Shown one piece after another: positions 31,962-42,601 of a stretch of DNA of 64,000 nt. The position numbers and the translations under genes were made by a program. The stretch lies in the IMG/VR virus record IMGVR_UViG_3300047159_000046; one strand, 5' to 3'. The notes below the pieces were generated by a model. It had not been told where the DNA came from. It did no database searches and saw only the letters and a program-made list of their open reading frames with translations. The DNA is from a virus (Duplodnaviria; Caudoviricetes). Within the stretch, counting starts at the first letter, position 1, and each line of letters begins with the position of its first letter.

Positions 31962-32438
31962 AGCGTTATGCGGTTTAAACTTACCACCGCAAAGTTTTAA
32001 TATGCCTCAATCGGTGGGGCTGCCGTTGTTCCTTTGAACGATACAAAGATACGGCAAAGTGTTGAGACTACCAAATAATTTCCCAATTATTTTCAAATTA
32101 TTTTACAAATAGCTGAAATACAATAATTTACAAAGATAGATTTTTTTCCGTTATTGTAGGTAGGTAGATAGGATAACGGGTAAAACGTAGGATAACGGGT
32201 AACAATGTAAGAAAGGGCAAAATAACGTGAAATAAGGCGTTTTGGGGCACTTTTGTAGGTAGTTGGATAAACCATATCCAAATTTAAATAAAACGCTTTA
32301 AAACGCTTTAAAATGAATATCCGACAATTCCAAATATTTCAGCAAGATTTAACAAACTTTAACATTTTGGAAATAGGCAAAAAAATAGGGCTGCCCTATT
32401 GAGGATAACCCTATTTTCTTTGTTTTATAAAACGGGGT

Positions 32439-32804
32439 TTAATCCGCCCGTCTTACAAAACAGAAAACCGACTGGACTTGCCCTTTATGCGGTCCGTCCG
32501 AAAAGCGTACGCTCTTCGGGTGACTTGTCGCTGGGGCGACCAAGTCGTTTCGGTCCTTGCAAGCGGACAATACCATGCCCGACACTATGTATAGCGTGCC
32601 CTCTTGTGGCTCAGGCAAGCCCTCAACAGCCCCGAAGGTAGGGGTGGCGATGCCGTTTTCATCGGGTTCGGTGTAACCCGAAGAAATCCGAGGGCAAACG
32701 CCCGAAGGTGGGAACTTTGTCCCGTCATTCAAGCACACCTCATGAGGCGTGCAATTTACAAATGTGATTTTTTCCATGTTTGCTGAATTGTTAGTTGTTG
32801 TCAT
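32439..32804 (-). CDS. Conserved phage hypothetical protein (N.TPH...GLPEP.EG..YIVS family)
   Basis: FVNCTPHEV, GLPEPQEGTLYIVS, RNDLVAPAT; start reassigned to after the leader. Confidence 0.75.
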   Translation of the reverse strand: MTTTNNSANMEKITFVNCTPHEVCLNDGTKFPPSGVCPRISSGYTEPDENGIATPTFGAVEGLPEPQEGTLYIVSGMVLSACKDRNDLVAPATSHPKSVRFSDGPHKGQVQSVFCFVRRAD

Positions 32805-33302
32805 ACTTACTATGGGCTTAGCCTTTACAGCCCTTAGGTTTAATACGCCCCAATCGGTGGGGCTGCCGTTGTTGATACGTTTTGTTCGTTTCAACACAGC
32901 AAAGATACGGCAAAGGGTTGAAACTACCAAACATTTTTGCAATTATTTTTGAAAAATCTGCAAAATAATTTATAAGTATCTGAAAATAAGATAAATAAAG
33001 AATGATGTTTTTTTCGTTTGGTAGAATGATATATATATATTGTTTGCTGATATACATACATTGCGTTCGCTTTTCGTTGTGTTCCCTACAAACATAAAAT
33101 AAGGCGTTTTGGGGCACTTTCTTTGTTGGGGTGGATAACTTATGCCTATTTTGAGCAAAACCGCTTTAAAACGCTTTAAAATGGAAAGTTGAGAAATCCA
33201 AATGTTTTTGAAATATTTAACATTTTTTAACATTTTCAAATACGGCAAAAAAAAATAGGGCTGCCCCTATTTCAAGAGCAGCCCTATTTTTATAGCTTGT
33301 TT

Positions 33303-33518
33303 TTAGTCCCTATCTAAATACCATGGTATCCAGAAACATATTAGGGTTGCTACTATTGTGACACCCGCCATGAATGCGGTGCAATAGTCACCCGCCACAA
33401 GGGCAGCGGGAAGGGCTATAATAGCCACCGCCGTTAGCAGCCCTACGAAACTAAGCAAGAAAACTATTGCCACGTCCTCGATTTCAATACCTTTAAAAAA
33501 ATCTACTACCTTTTTCAT
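33303..33518 (-). CDS. Small 2-TM membrane protein
   Basis: Promoter-leader-gene-terminator cassette. Confidence 0.7.
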   Translation of the reverse strand: MKKVVDFFKGIEIEDVAIVFLLSFVGLLTAVAIIALPAALVAGDYCTAFMAGVTIVATLICFWIPWYLDRD

Positions 33519-33822
33519 TTTACTAATAATTTAAACAGCCCTAATCGGCGGGCTTGCCGTTGTTGAAATACGTTTCGTTTGTTTCAACACAGCAAAGATA
33601 TATCGAAATGTTGAGACTACCAAACAAAAAGTAAATTATTTTTGAATTATTTTATAAGTTGCTGATATATAGCAAAATAGAATTTTATTTTTGTGTTCGC
33701 TGCCCGTCCGCCTGGTGCGCTATTGACAATTCCAAATTTTTTAACATTCTTTAACAAACTTTAACATTTTGGAACAAGGCAAAAAAATAGGGCTGCCCTC
33801 TTTCAAGAACAGCCCTATTTTT

Positions 33823-34158
33823 TTAGAATACACGTCCCCTCTGAACGTGAACCCATGTAGGTTCGTTAGGATTAGGCGCGGGTCTTGTCTCCCACTGCCT
33901 TTCAGATGCGAACCAAACGGGTTCTGTGGTTGTTTTGTTATCAAAACGGAAATGCCCCTGCACCCCATGGGCTTGTATTTGTGTCCGAAGGTAGGCGACC
34001 GCCTCTTCAAATGTTGTCGCCGATGGTACTGCGACAATACACTCAAAGGTCTGCGACCATCCTTGCAGCCATTCTTTAGTAGAAAGACCGCCAAGACGGT
34101 TCATGCCAGTAGTCTTAATGCCTTCAAATCTGCTAAAAATTTCGCTTAAATTACGCAT
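33823..34158 (-). CDS. Hypothetical protein
   Basis: Start MRNLSEIF after the structured leader; cassette. Confidence 0.7.
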   Translation of the reverse strand: MRNLSEIFSRFEGIKTTGMNRLGGLSTKEWLQGWSQTFECIVAVPSATTFEEAVAYLRTQIQAHGVQGHFRFDNKTTTEPVWFASERQWETRPAPNPNEPTWVHVQRGRVF

Positions 34159-34385
34159 TTTTAAAAGAGGCTTAACCTTTACAGCCGTAGGTTTTAACGC
34201 CTCAATCGGTGAGGCTGCCGTTTGTCTTTCAACACAGCAAAGATAGGGCAAAATGTTCAGACCACCAAATTTTTTCTCAATTATTTTCAAAAAAGTTTTT
34301 AAGTGGCTGATACGCACGCATATACGCATACTGAATTTAGTATGCAGATATATGTAGCTATATCCTATCTTTGCCGAAACGTATT

Positions 34386-34613
34386 TTAATACGTTTCATA
34401 ATAATATTTGGGGTAACTTTTGCCCGTTTCTGTTAGGTAACCCCAATAACCTAAGTCAATAGCAAGGCATTGCATAAACACAACACCCGACAAGCCACAA
34501 AATAGGGCTGCCGTTTTGGGGGTGGTGAAATAGTCACCTAATACTATACCTAAAATCAAAAAAGATACCATAAAGAGGACAACGGCGATAAGATAAAATT
34601 TGTTGAAATTCAT
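34386..34613 (-). CDS. Small 2-TM membrane protein
   Basis: Cassette with own promoter. Confidence 0.7.
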   Translation of the reverse strand: MNFNKFYLIAVVLFMVSFLILGIVLGDYFTTPKTAALFCGLSGVVFMQCLAIDLGYWGYLTETGKSYPKYYYETY

Positions 34614-35093
34614 AACTCTATATTTTTTAGTCTCCCACTAACATCGGGTGGGCATCCGTTTGTTGGTTAGTTCCAACACAGCAAAGGTATATATAATTTT
34701 TAAAACCGCAAAATATTTTATCAATTATTTTCAATATTTTTTTAACCGCTTTTCGCTTGTCCCCTCTTTGCCGTTTGTTTGTGCCGATATGATACACTAC
34801 ATCGAACGACAACAAGAATGAAAAGATTTTATCTGCATACTCAATATATTTGAAATATTGCATCATACGCATTTTAAGGCGTTTTGAGGGACTTTTGTCG
34901 ATATGAATGTATGTTTGTAGGGACGGGCAAACAAAACCCGTCACAACGAAAAATTCATATTTCAAAACATTATGCAATAAAAATTTCAATCCGCATATAT
35001 ATACGGATACTGAAAATAGTATGTAGGTATAAACACACAAAAAAACCATACATATTCTGCATGGTTTTTTATATAGTGTTTGTTCTTGTTTGT

Positions 35094-35738
35094 TTAGTCT
35101 TCGTCTTCTGCGTACATACAATTCAGAGCGTCCCGTCTGCTAAACATACAATAAACGTGAGTCGGCATATCATGCCTTGAATACATATCGGCGCATACAT
35201 CGCTTGCCTTGAATAGCTGCAAAAATCTGCATCTGCCAATTTGTTTCCATGGTGTCCCAACGTATTTTGAGCAATTCACCATTTTATAGCCCGTATTGAC
35301 AATAGCCCATGATTTTTTGCGCAATTCTTCGGTTGTTTTGCCGAAAAAACTGGCTGGGTAAAATTTGGTTTTTTCAACAATAACCTTTGTAATATGATAT
35401 TTTTCAGGCTCTCCTACTAATTTATCAGTCCGTCCGAACATACCTTGTTCGTCCCTGATTTCAGGAAAACCCAAACAAAAATCGGACTGTCTTGATACCT
35501 CGCCGTTCTTTTCGATTTCGTCATAGTTCTGTTTATAAATTTCGTCCCCTAATTGAGGGGCAAAGAGTCTGCCCGAAAAACAATTTTTTTCCCACAATTG
35601 GGGATAATTATATTTATTATATGGAGAATATTCTCTTGTCATGATAGTCTCCTTCTCACCCGTTTTGTCGTTTGTAACCTCAAAAACGTAGGCAATTTTT
35701 TTGCCAAACTCAAAAATCTTATCATTTAGTTCAGACAT
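35094..35738 (-). CDS. Hypothetical protein
   Basis: Start MSELNDK after promoter 35786-35793. Confidence 0.7.
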   Translation of the reverse strand: MSELNDKIFEFGKKIAYVFEVTNDKTGEKETIMTREYSPYNKYNYPQLWEKNCFSGRLFAPQLGDEIYKQNYDEIEKNGEVSRQSDFCLGFPEIRDEQGMFGRTDKLVGEPEKYHITKVIVEKTKFYPASFFGKTTEELRKKSWAIVNTGYKMVNCSKYVGTPWKQIGRCRFLQLFKASDVCADMYSRHDMPTHVYCMFSRRDALNCMYAEDED

Positions 35739-36189
35739 ATCTTTAAAATTTTTAGTAGTCGTTGGGACTATTCCCAAACGCATAACAAAGATAGATAAAA
35801 TATCTGATATAACCAAATATTTTATATGTTTTTTTTATAAAGAAATATTTTTATATTTTGCCCGTTGTTTTGCCGTGAAATTGAATATATACTTTTTTAC
35901 ATATACATTCTTCATACCTTTGCGTTTGTGGACTAACACTACTATATAGTGTTTATAATACAGCAGCCGTAAAAACGACTGAAATTTAAATCTTTTGTAG
36001 CTAATATCCAAAAGATTAACCAATACGAAAAGCCCGAAACAAACATATAATATATTAATATATTGATAATTTTTTAATGTTGGGACAAATATAATGTTAT
36101 TTGCTGATATATCCAAACTTTTTAACACAAAAAAATACCTACCACTTTCACAAGCAGTAGGTATCTGGCTAAAAATATAAAGTATTATG

Positions 36190-36471
36190 TTATTCTTTTT
36201 CTATGTATTTCACGCACTGGATATATGAACTTTCAATGCGTATTTTATACACACCTTTGGGCAACCAATCCCAAACAGGTATGCAAATTTCGCCGTTTAT
36301 AACCTCTCTTTGTTCAACTGATAAACAGCCGAAACAAGTTTCTATGTATAGGGTGGCAAGCCCGTCACAGTTGTCTCCATCTGCAACTTTTGCGCACACC
36401 TCTTCGGGTTGTGCGTTTAAAGAACATAAAGAACAAAGAATAAGGCTCAAAGATGCTATTAACTTTTTCAT
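36190..36471 (-). CDS. Secreted mini-protein: signal peptide plus T9SS type-A C-terminal-signal-like domain
   Basis: MKK-hydrophobic-LNA|Q; ...LPKGVYKIRI......KYIEKE. Confidence 0.55.
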   Translation of the reverse strand: MKKLIASLSLILCSLCSLNAQPEEVCAKVADGDNCDGLATLYIETCFGCLSVEQREVINGEICIPVWDWLPKGVYKIRIESSYIQCVKYIEKE

Positions 36472-36557
36472 AACTTATAATTTTTAATTGTTGGTACAAA
36501 GATAGTAGTAATATTTGAAAAAAGCAATAGCAAAAGTGTTAAAAAAAAACATTGATC

Positions 36558-37275
36558 TTTTAACACTTTTTGTTTGGGAAAGTCCCGAAAATTTCGTAAC
36601 TTTGTATGGTGCACTAAACCGAAAATGTTAAAATTGTGTTAAAATCTGCAAAGAAAAAACCTCGAAAATTTAACACTTTTTATTTGCTTTTGTACCGAAA
36701 ATTTCGTAACTTTGTATGGTGCGCTATTTTGGAATGTTAACGAAAGTTAAAATACGTTACAAAAATAGCCTGAAAATTTAACACTTTTTATTTGCTTTTG
36801 TACCGAAAATTTCGTAACTTTGTATGGTGCGCTATTTTGGAATGTTAACGAAAGTTAAAATACGTTACAAAAATAGCCTGAAAATTTAACACTTTTTATT
36901 TGCTTTTGTACCGAAAATTTCGTAACTTTGTATGGTGCGCCAAACTGAAAATGTTAAAACGAAAGTGTTAAAATAAGTGTTGCCGTTTTCTCCTGAAAAT
37001 TTAACACTTTTTATTTGCTTTTGTACCGAAAATTTCGTAACTTTGTATGGTGCACTAAACTGAAAATGTTAAAATAGTGTTAAAAAGTGTTGCCGTTTTC
37101 TCCTGAAAATTTAACACTTTTTATTTGCTTTTGTACCGAAAATTTCGTAACTTTGTATGGTGCACTAAACTGAAAGTGTTAAAATAGTGTTAAAAAGTGT
37201 TGCTGTTTTCTCCTGAAAATTTAACACTTTTTATTTGGAAAAGTCGCAAATTTTGCGTACCTTTGTATGACACCC
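36558..37275 (+). repeat. Tandem array of 7 host-type promoter units (period 108-115 bp), non-coding
   Basis: TTAACACTTTTTATTTG...CCGAAAATTTCGTAACTTTGTATGGTGC; -7 boxes at 36597, 36707, 36815, 36923, 37038, 37148, 37258. Confidence 0.85.
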
Positions 37276-37342
37276 AAAACTTAACTTTTTACACAACAAA
37301 AAAACAGAATAGTTTTTTGCTATTCTGCTTTTTTATATCTTT

Positions 37343-37537
37343 TTATATCCTACTTTTAAAAAAGTCGACATAATCTGCCCACTCTTTGAAATTTCGGGTT
37401 TTTTCGTAATCTTGTTTGGAAAGCCGTTTTTTAACTTAGGTGAAATAGTCACCGCCAATCCTATAATCGGCGACAACATAAAAACCCCTTTTGTCCTTGT
37501 TAAAAACCATACAGAGGCACTCAAATTCTTGTTTCAT
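37343..37537 (-). pseudogene. Short gene with internal TAA (37436-37438)
   Basis: MKQEFECLCMVFNKDKRGFYVVADYRIGGDYFT*VKKRLSKQ...KSRI*, with promoter and leader. Confidence 0.45.
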
Positions 37538-38231
37538 ACTACAAAACCGCTTTTTCAACCACCAGCAGTAGGTTCTAAGTTCATTTTCAATACACAAAGA
37601 TAACATAAAAATCTGATACTACCAAATTTTTACCTATCTTTTTTTGGGGTTTTTATATTTCGTTGTTGTATGTAATTGCGTGCGACTTTATAAGCAATAA
37701 CCAACACCAAAAATTTGGTATCACCGCCAAAACCATCCAGACCTCGAAATTGAAGTCTTCATTTGCCCATAACAAGCAACGGACAAATGAAGAATGTCAT
37801 AAACCCGTATGCGAATACAGAAGAAATACGACAAAAACTCTTTCATGAACTTTATAATTTTTAGTAGTACGTAGGGACTATTCCCAAACGCACTACAAAG
37901 ATAAGCCGTTTTTTAGATATATCCAAATATTTTGCCGATTATTTTCAATCTTTTTTTATTGTCCTTTTTGTGTGTGTTTGAATATCCTACAATAACACAC
38001 AATAACGAAAGAAACGGCAAATAAGGCACTTTAATTGCGTTTTGAGGGACTTTTGTATGAAATACGGGTAAACTAACTACAACGGGTCAATAATGCGCTT
38101 AAAACGCTTTAAAATGAATATCCGACAATTCCAAACATTCAGGAGAATTTTAACATACTTTAACATTTTTGAATACGGGTAAAAAAATAGGACTACTTTT
38201 TGTGTAGTCCTATTTTATTTTGTTTTATGAT

Positions 38232-38652
38232 TTAGCCTAAAATTTTTGTTTCTCCGCCATCTACCATATACTCAAAATGTTCTTCATTTGTGTCTATACT
38301 CCAAACGGGTGTATAATATGTAAAAAATCTGTTCACCGTTTGGATAAAAGTATGATAAATATGCCTCTTTTGCATTGTTTAGGATATGTAGTTCCCTATA
38401 TCTGTTAGAGCTATTTTTTCTAAACTCGCCGTTTTTCTTGATGTTTTTGCCATATAGCCACAAAACGCCTTTCACCATCTGCACATTGGTCAATTTGATA
38501 GGCAGAATATCAGCAATTAAATTGCTTATTTCCTTTTCATTTTCCTTACTCTTGTTCATTCTGTTTTTCAGTAACAAAATTTGCTTTTCAGTGGCAAAAC
38601 CTTGTTCTTTAATTGTTGCTACTAATTCTGCATTTGAAATTGTTTTTGCCAT
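38232..38652 (-). CDS. Paralog family A (GFATE.QI.L.K.R.NK), frameshift near 38330
   Basis: Homologous to 44861..45271 and 45434..45859; C-terminus YTPVWSIDTNEEHFEY...KILG lies in another frame. Confidence 0.7.
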
Positions 38653-38814
38653 AATACTAATTTTTTTTAATGTTTAAATGTTTTGTTTGTTCCCTTGAAC
38701 AATGCAAAGATACAAATAAAGTTCGGAAAAACAATAGCAAAAGTGTTAAAAATTTAATTATTTTTTTAACACTTTTTGTTTGGTATTGTCGGCAAAAAAC
38801 GTTACCTTTGTAGT

Positions 38815-38985
38815 GTAATTAAAAAAGCAACAATATGTAAAACTAAAAGCCACACTCAACAAGGCAAAACGACAACGGGAAACGGCATCACACCCGATTG
38901 ACAAATAAGGCGGTCGAACAATACGAAATAGGTGTTATAAAGTTACTATTTTGGGAAGGAGGAGACAAAACACGCACTTTTTTTA
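38815..38985 (+). ncRNA. Structured ncRNA family, copy A (ATG-TAA mini-ORF)
   Basis: Own promoter 38803-38810, covarying helices across six copies, ends in CACGCAC plus T-run. Confidence 0.7.
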
Positions 38986-39182
38986 AAAGTTAAAAAGTGT
39001 TAATTTTTTCCTGCGAACGAAAGTTTGGGGTGTCATACAAAGTTACGAATTTTTTGGGACTTTTCCAAATAAAAAGTGTTAAAATTCTGTTAAAAAATCG
39101 CCTGAAATTTTAACATATTTTAACGAAAAAAAAAACGGGCTCTCCATTTGGAAAACCCGTTTTTTGTTTATGTTAATTTCTG

Positions 39183-39533
39183 TTAAATCCCAATACGTTT
39201 TTCTATTGCTTTTTGCAAATCTGCATTATACCAATCCCGTGCCTTTCCTACAAAAAACGCTTTCATGGTATCAAAGTTTTTAAAATTAGCTTTTATGCCG
39301 TCCGTTATGATATTATTAAAATCGGACTCGTCTTGTGAATGTTTCCCACCCCAATCACGGATATCCCGTAGTTTTTGGTATGTTTCATACAACTTATAAT
39401 AAAATGTTTCACGTGAAACATTTAGTCGTAGCTGAGGTGCTTTATTTTGCCTCTTTTTAAAGTCTTCGGGTAAAAAATAATTGAACATCAAAAGGGAAAA
39501 TCTTTCATTAATCGATAAATTTTCAGTATTCAT
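39183..39533 (-). CDS. Hypothetical protein (contains parS)
   Basis: Cassette; NVSRETF is encoded by the parS site. Confidence 0.65.
   Translation of the reverse strand: MNTENLSINERFSLLMFNYFLPEDFKKRQNKAPQLRLNVSRETFYYKLYETYQKLRDIRDWGGKHSQDESDFNNIITDGIKANFKNFDTMKAFFVGKARDWYNADLQKAIEKRIGI
39405..39420. promoter_or_regulatory. parS: parS site 3
   Basis: Exact TGTTTCACGTGAAACA inside a CDS. Confidence 0.8.
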
Positions 39534-39676
39534 AATAACTTTATTTTAGTAGTACGTTGGGACTATTCCCAAACGCAAAACAAAGGTACAAAATGTTTTT
39601 TGAATAAACAAGAAAAAAAGTGAATATTTTATTAGGATATTCACTTTTTTTGTTTATAGGTTTTTTATATATATTA

Positions 39677-40114
39677 TTATATAGCTGCTGTTTGGGCTCT
39701 TTCTGTCTCCTCAACATCTACCAATGTATTCTTTTTGAGGTCGTTAAAAAGTTCGTCACAAAATTTAACGGACCTCAAAATATTATATCCAAAATAATGA
39801 TATAAGGAACTTTTCCTTTTTTCTAATCTTGTCGCAAATTCATTTCTATATCTATCAGCCTTTTCCAAATCGGCAAGGGTCAATGTTTTATTTTTATCAT
39901 ATAGTTGGGCTGCCCAACATACCATCTCGGTGAATGTTTCACGTGAAACATTTTCATCAAAAATCAAATAGGGTGGTATTTCCTCTGTTGGTACGTTGTC
40001 GCAAAAAGAGGACAACATATTGATGCTGAATTGCATATACTTTGCATACTCAGCATATTCACCCATGTTCATTACACCCTTGTTTGCCCACTTCTCAAAT
40101 CTGCTTAGTTTCAT
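39677..40114 (-). CDS. Hypothetical protein (contains parS)
   Basis: Cassette; NVSRETF is encoded by the parS site. Confidence 0.65.
   Translation of the reverse strand: MKLSRFEKWANKGVMNMGEYAEYAKYMQFSINMLSSFCDNVPTEEIPPYLIFDENVSRETFTEMVCWAAQLYDKNKTLTLADLEKADRYRNEFATRLEKRKSSLYHYFGYNILRSVKFCDELFNDLKKNTLVDVEETERAQTAAI
39935..39950. promoter_or_regulatory. parS: parS site 4
   Basis: Exact TGTTTCACGTGAAACA inside a CDS. Confidence 0.8.
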
Positions 40115-40466
40115 AACTTTTGTTTTTAGTAGTTCGGCACTATTGCCGTTTGATTATGCCACAAAGATAGACCAAATAAACCATATATCCAAATATTTTA
40201 TCAATTATTTTCAATTTATTTTCAATTCTTTTCTGCTTGCACCCGTGCGTGCGGATACTGAATTTGGTATCGGCTAAATTTAGCTGTTTTTAGCCCCACT
40301 ACGACACTTTCGGGTAAAAGTGGATAAAACTATTCACTTTCCACACAAAACGCTTTAAAATCGCTTAAAATAGCTTGTGTTGCGTTTCTTGATATAGTTG
40401 ATACACACAAAAAACGGCAAGAACATTCTGTTTGTCCTTGCCGTTTCTGTTATGATGTTGTATTCT

Positions 40467-40880
40467 TTATTCTGTTTCTTCCATCTCCAATTCATTTACC
40501 TTGTCCCAATATTCATTCAGTAAATTTTGGGCTTTTGCTATTGTTATTTTGTTGTTTTTTATAAACATTGAATATAGTCCCCAAAAAGCCAATTCTTGTA
40601 TATCTATTTTTTCTGTATTCTCTATATTTGTATTATACGCATTCACGCAAAATTGCAAATTTCCAGATACATAGGAAATTGCAAACTCTTTTGAGTCGCT
40701 GCAATCCATGCACCTGCGCTCTGCCTCTTCCCATGCCAATTGACTATAGTCGCATAGGTAGTTGGCATTCTTTATGCCGTTTTCCAGACCTTCTGTTATT
40801 GTGTTTATATCTGCATATATAGATATAAAAACCTCTGAAATCTGTTTTGCATAGCTGTTTGTCAATTCTGTCTTGTTCAT
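40467..40880 (-). CDS. Paralog family B
   Basis: MNK.ELT..YA..IS..F ... NLQFC..AYN ... KAQ.LL.EYW.KVNELE, shared with 47781..48188. Confidence 0.75.
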   Translation of the reverse strand: MNKTELTNSYAKQISEVFISIYADINTITEGLENGIKNANYLCDYSQLAWEEAERRCMDCSDSKEFAISYVSGNLQFCVNAYNTNIENTEKIDIQELAFWGLYSMFIKNNKITIAKAQNLLNEYWDKVNELEMEETE

Positions 40881-41059
40881 AATGTTTAATGTTTTATTGT
40901 TTTTGTTGATGCAAAGTTACAAATAAAATCGGGAAAAGCAAGAGCAAAAGTGTTAAAAATAAAAAGATCTTTTTAACACTTTTTGTTTGGAAAAGTCCCG
41001 AAAATTTCGTAACTTTGTATGACACCCTAAACCGAAAAAATTAACACTTTTTAACTTTT

Positions 41060-41240
41060 AAAAAAAGTGCGTGTTTTGTCTCCTCCTTCCCAAAATAGTA
41101 ACTTTATAACACCTATTTCGTATTGTTCGTCCGCCTTATTTGTCAATCGGGTGTGATGCCGTTTCCCGTTTTCTTTTTGCCTTGTTTTGTGTGGCTGTTA
41201 GTTTATGTTGTATTCATATTGTTTGTTGTTTCTTAATTGC
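41060..41240 (-). ncRNA. Structured ncRNA family, copy B (MNTT* at 41203-41217)
   Basis: Promoter 41245-41252; opposing promoter 41010-41017. Confidence 0.7.
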
Positions 41241-41961
41241 ACTACAAAGATACAAAAAAATTTTGAACTACCAAACAAAAAGCAAAAAAAAATTCAAAAA
41301 CCTAAAAAGATTTTTGAATTTTTATTGTCGTGAAATATTGCTACATTATATCAATGTTATATCACTTATCTCCGATAAAAAGATACTTTCTGTGTCGTTT
41401 CCATGTTTTACATATAGTTCATAATTAGTGCCATATTTATCGCTTGGTAGTGACCGCAAACGCAATAAATGTATATCAGTGACTACCATCACAATATCAT
41501 TTTTATTTCGTCAACTACAATTCTTGTCGGCACATCATAATTGTTGCCTTTTAGATATTCAACTATTTTAACATACATTTTCTGATGTTCTCTGCGCTCT
41601 GTGCGCTCAACTTCTGTTTCGTTGTTCATAACTTTTTGTTTTTAATTAATAATGTTCGTTATTTTCACTTGCAAAGATACAAAAGATTTTTGATATACCA
41701 AACTTTTTTGCCGTTTTTTTTGCGGTTTTTTTATAAATTTTCGTTTTGTATCAGTATATCAGTCATATATCTTTTTATCTGATTGAGGGTCATATTATCA
41801 AAATCAACATATTTTAACAATATTCTATGTTCGCTTTTGCCGTGCTTTAACCCGTAGCACTTTTTTAGACGGCAAATATTTCATTACAAAAGAGTCTCCT
41901 TTCTCCATATCGAAAATAAACCCTCTTTTTTCATCATAGCGCAAATTTTTGATATAGTTAA

Positions 41962-42234
41962 TCATAGTATGTTGCTCCTTTCCTCAATTTCTTCCAAACA
42001 TTTGGAAAGTGTTTTGTGCCCCAAATTAGGCATATTTAACGTTTCGTAGGGCACACCCGTTGTTTGTCCGTTTACATCAATTATACAAACATTATAATCA
42101 AGATATTTTTCCATCAACCCTATTTCCACTATAATATAGTGGCTCTTGCTGATAGTCGCAATCAGCGTGATTATTGGGGCTTGTGGTATCGTTTCTATAT
42201 GATACCTTTTTGCGACCTTGTATGTATGTTTCAT
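41962..42234 (-). CDS. Hypothetical protein
   Basis: Cassette with promoter and structured leader. Confidence 0.6.
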   Translation of the reverse strand: MKHTYKVAKRYHIETIPQAPIITLIATISKSHYIIVEIGLMEKYLDYNVCIIDVNGQTTGVPYETLNMPNLGHKTLSKCLEEIEERSNIL

Positions 42235-42601
42235 AACTTTATACGCTTTTTGTAACCATCAGCGTTAGGCTCTTGTTCGTTATTGTTGATGCAAAGATAT
42301 AGCTAAAAATTGATATATCCAAACATTTTTGCAATTATTTTCAATTTATTTTCTGTTTCTTTCTGCTTGCACCCGTGCGTGCGGATACTGAATTTGGTAT
42401 CGGCTAAATTTAGCCGTTTTTAGCCTTGATACGACACTTTCGGACAAAAGTGGATAAACTATTTATCTTTCACACAAAAACGCTTTAAAACGCTTTAAAA
42501 TAGCTTGTATTGCGTTTCTTAATATAGTTGATGCACACAAAAAAACGGCAAGAACATTCTGTTTGTGTCCTTGCCGTTTCTGTTATTGTGTTGTGTTTGT
42601 G

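Noticed and set aside
36558-37275. CRISPR array
   Set aside because: The repeat is ~55 bp and is a promoter; spacers are identical or related to each other; no cas genes in the window.
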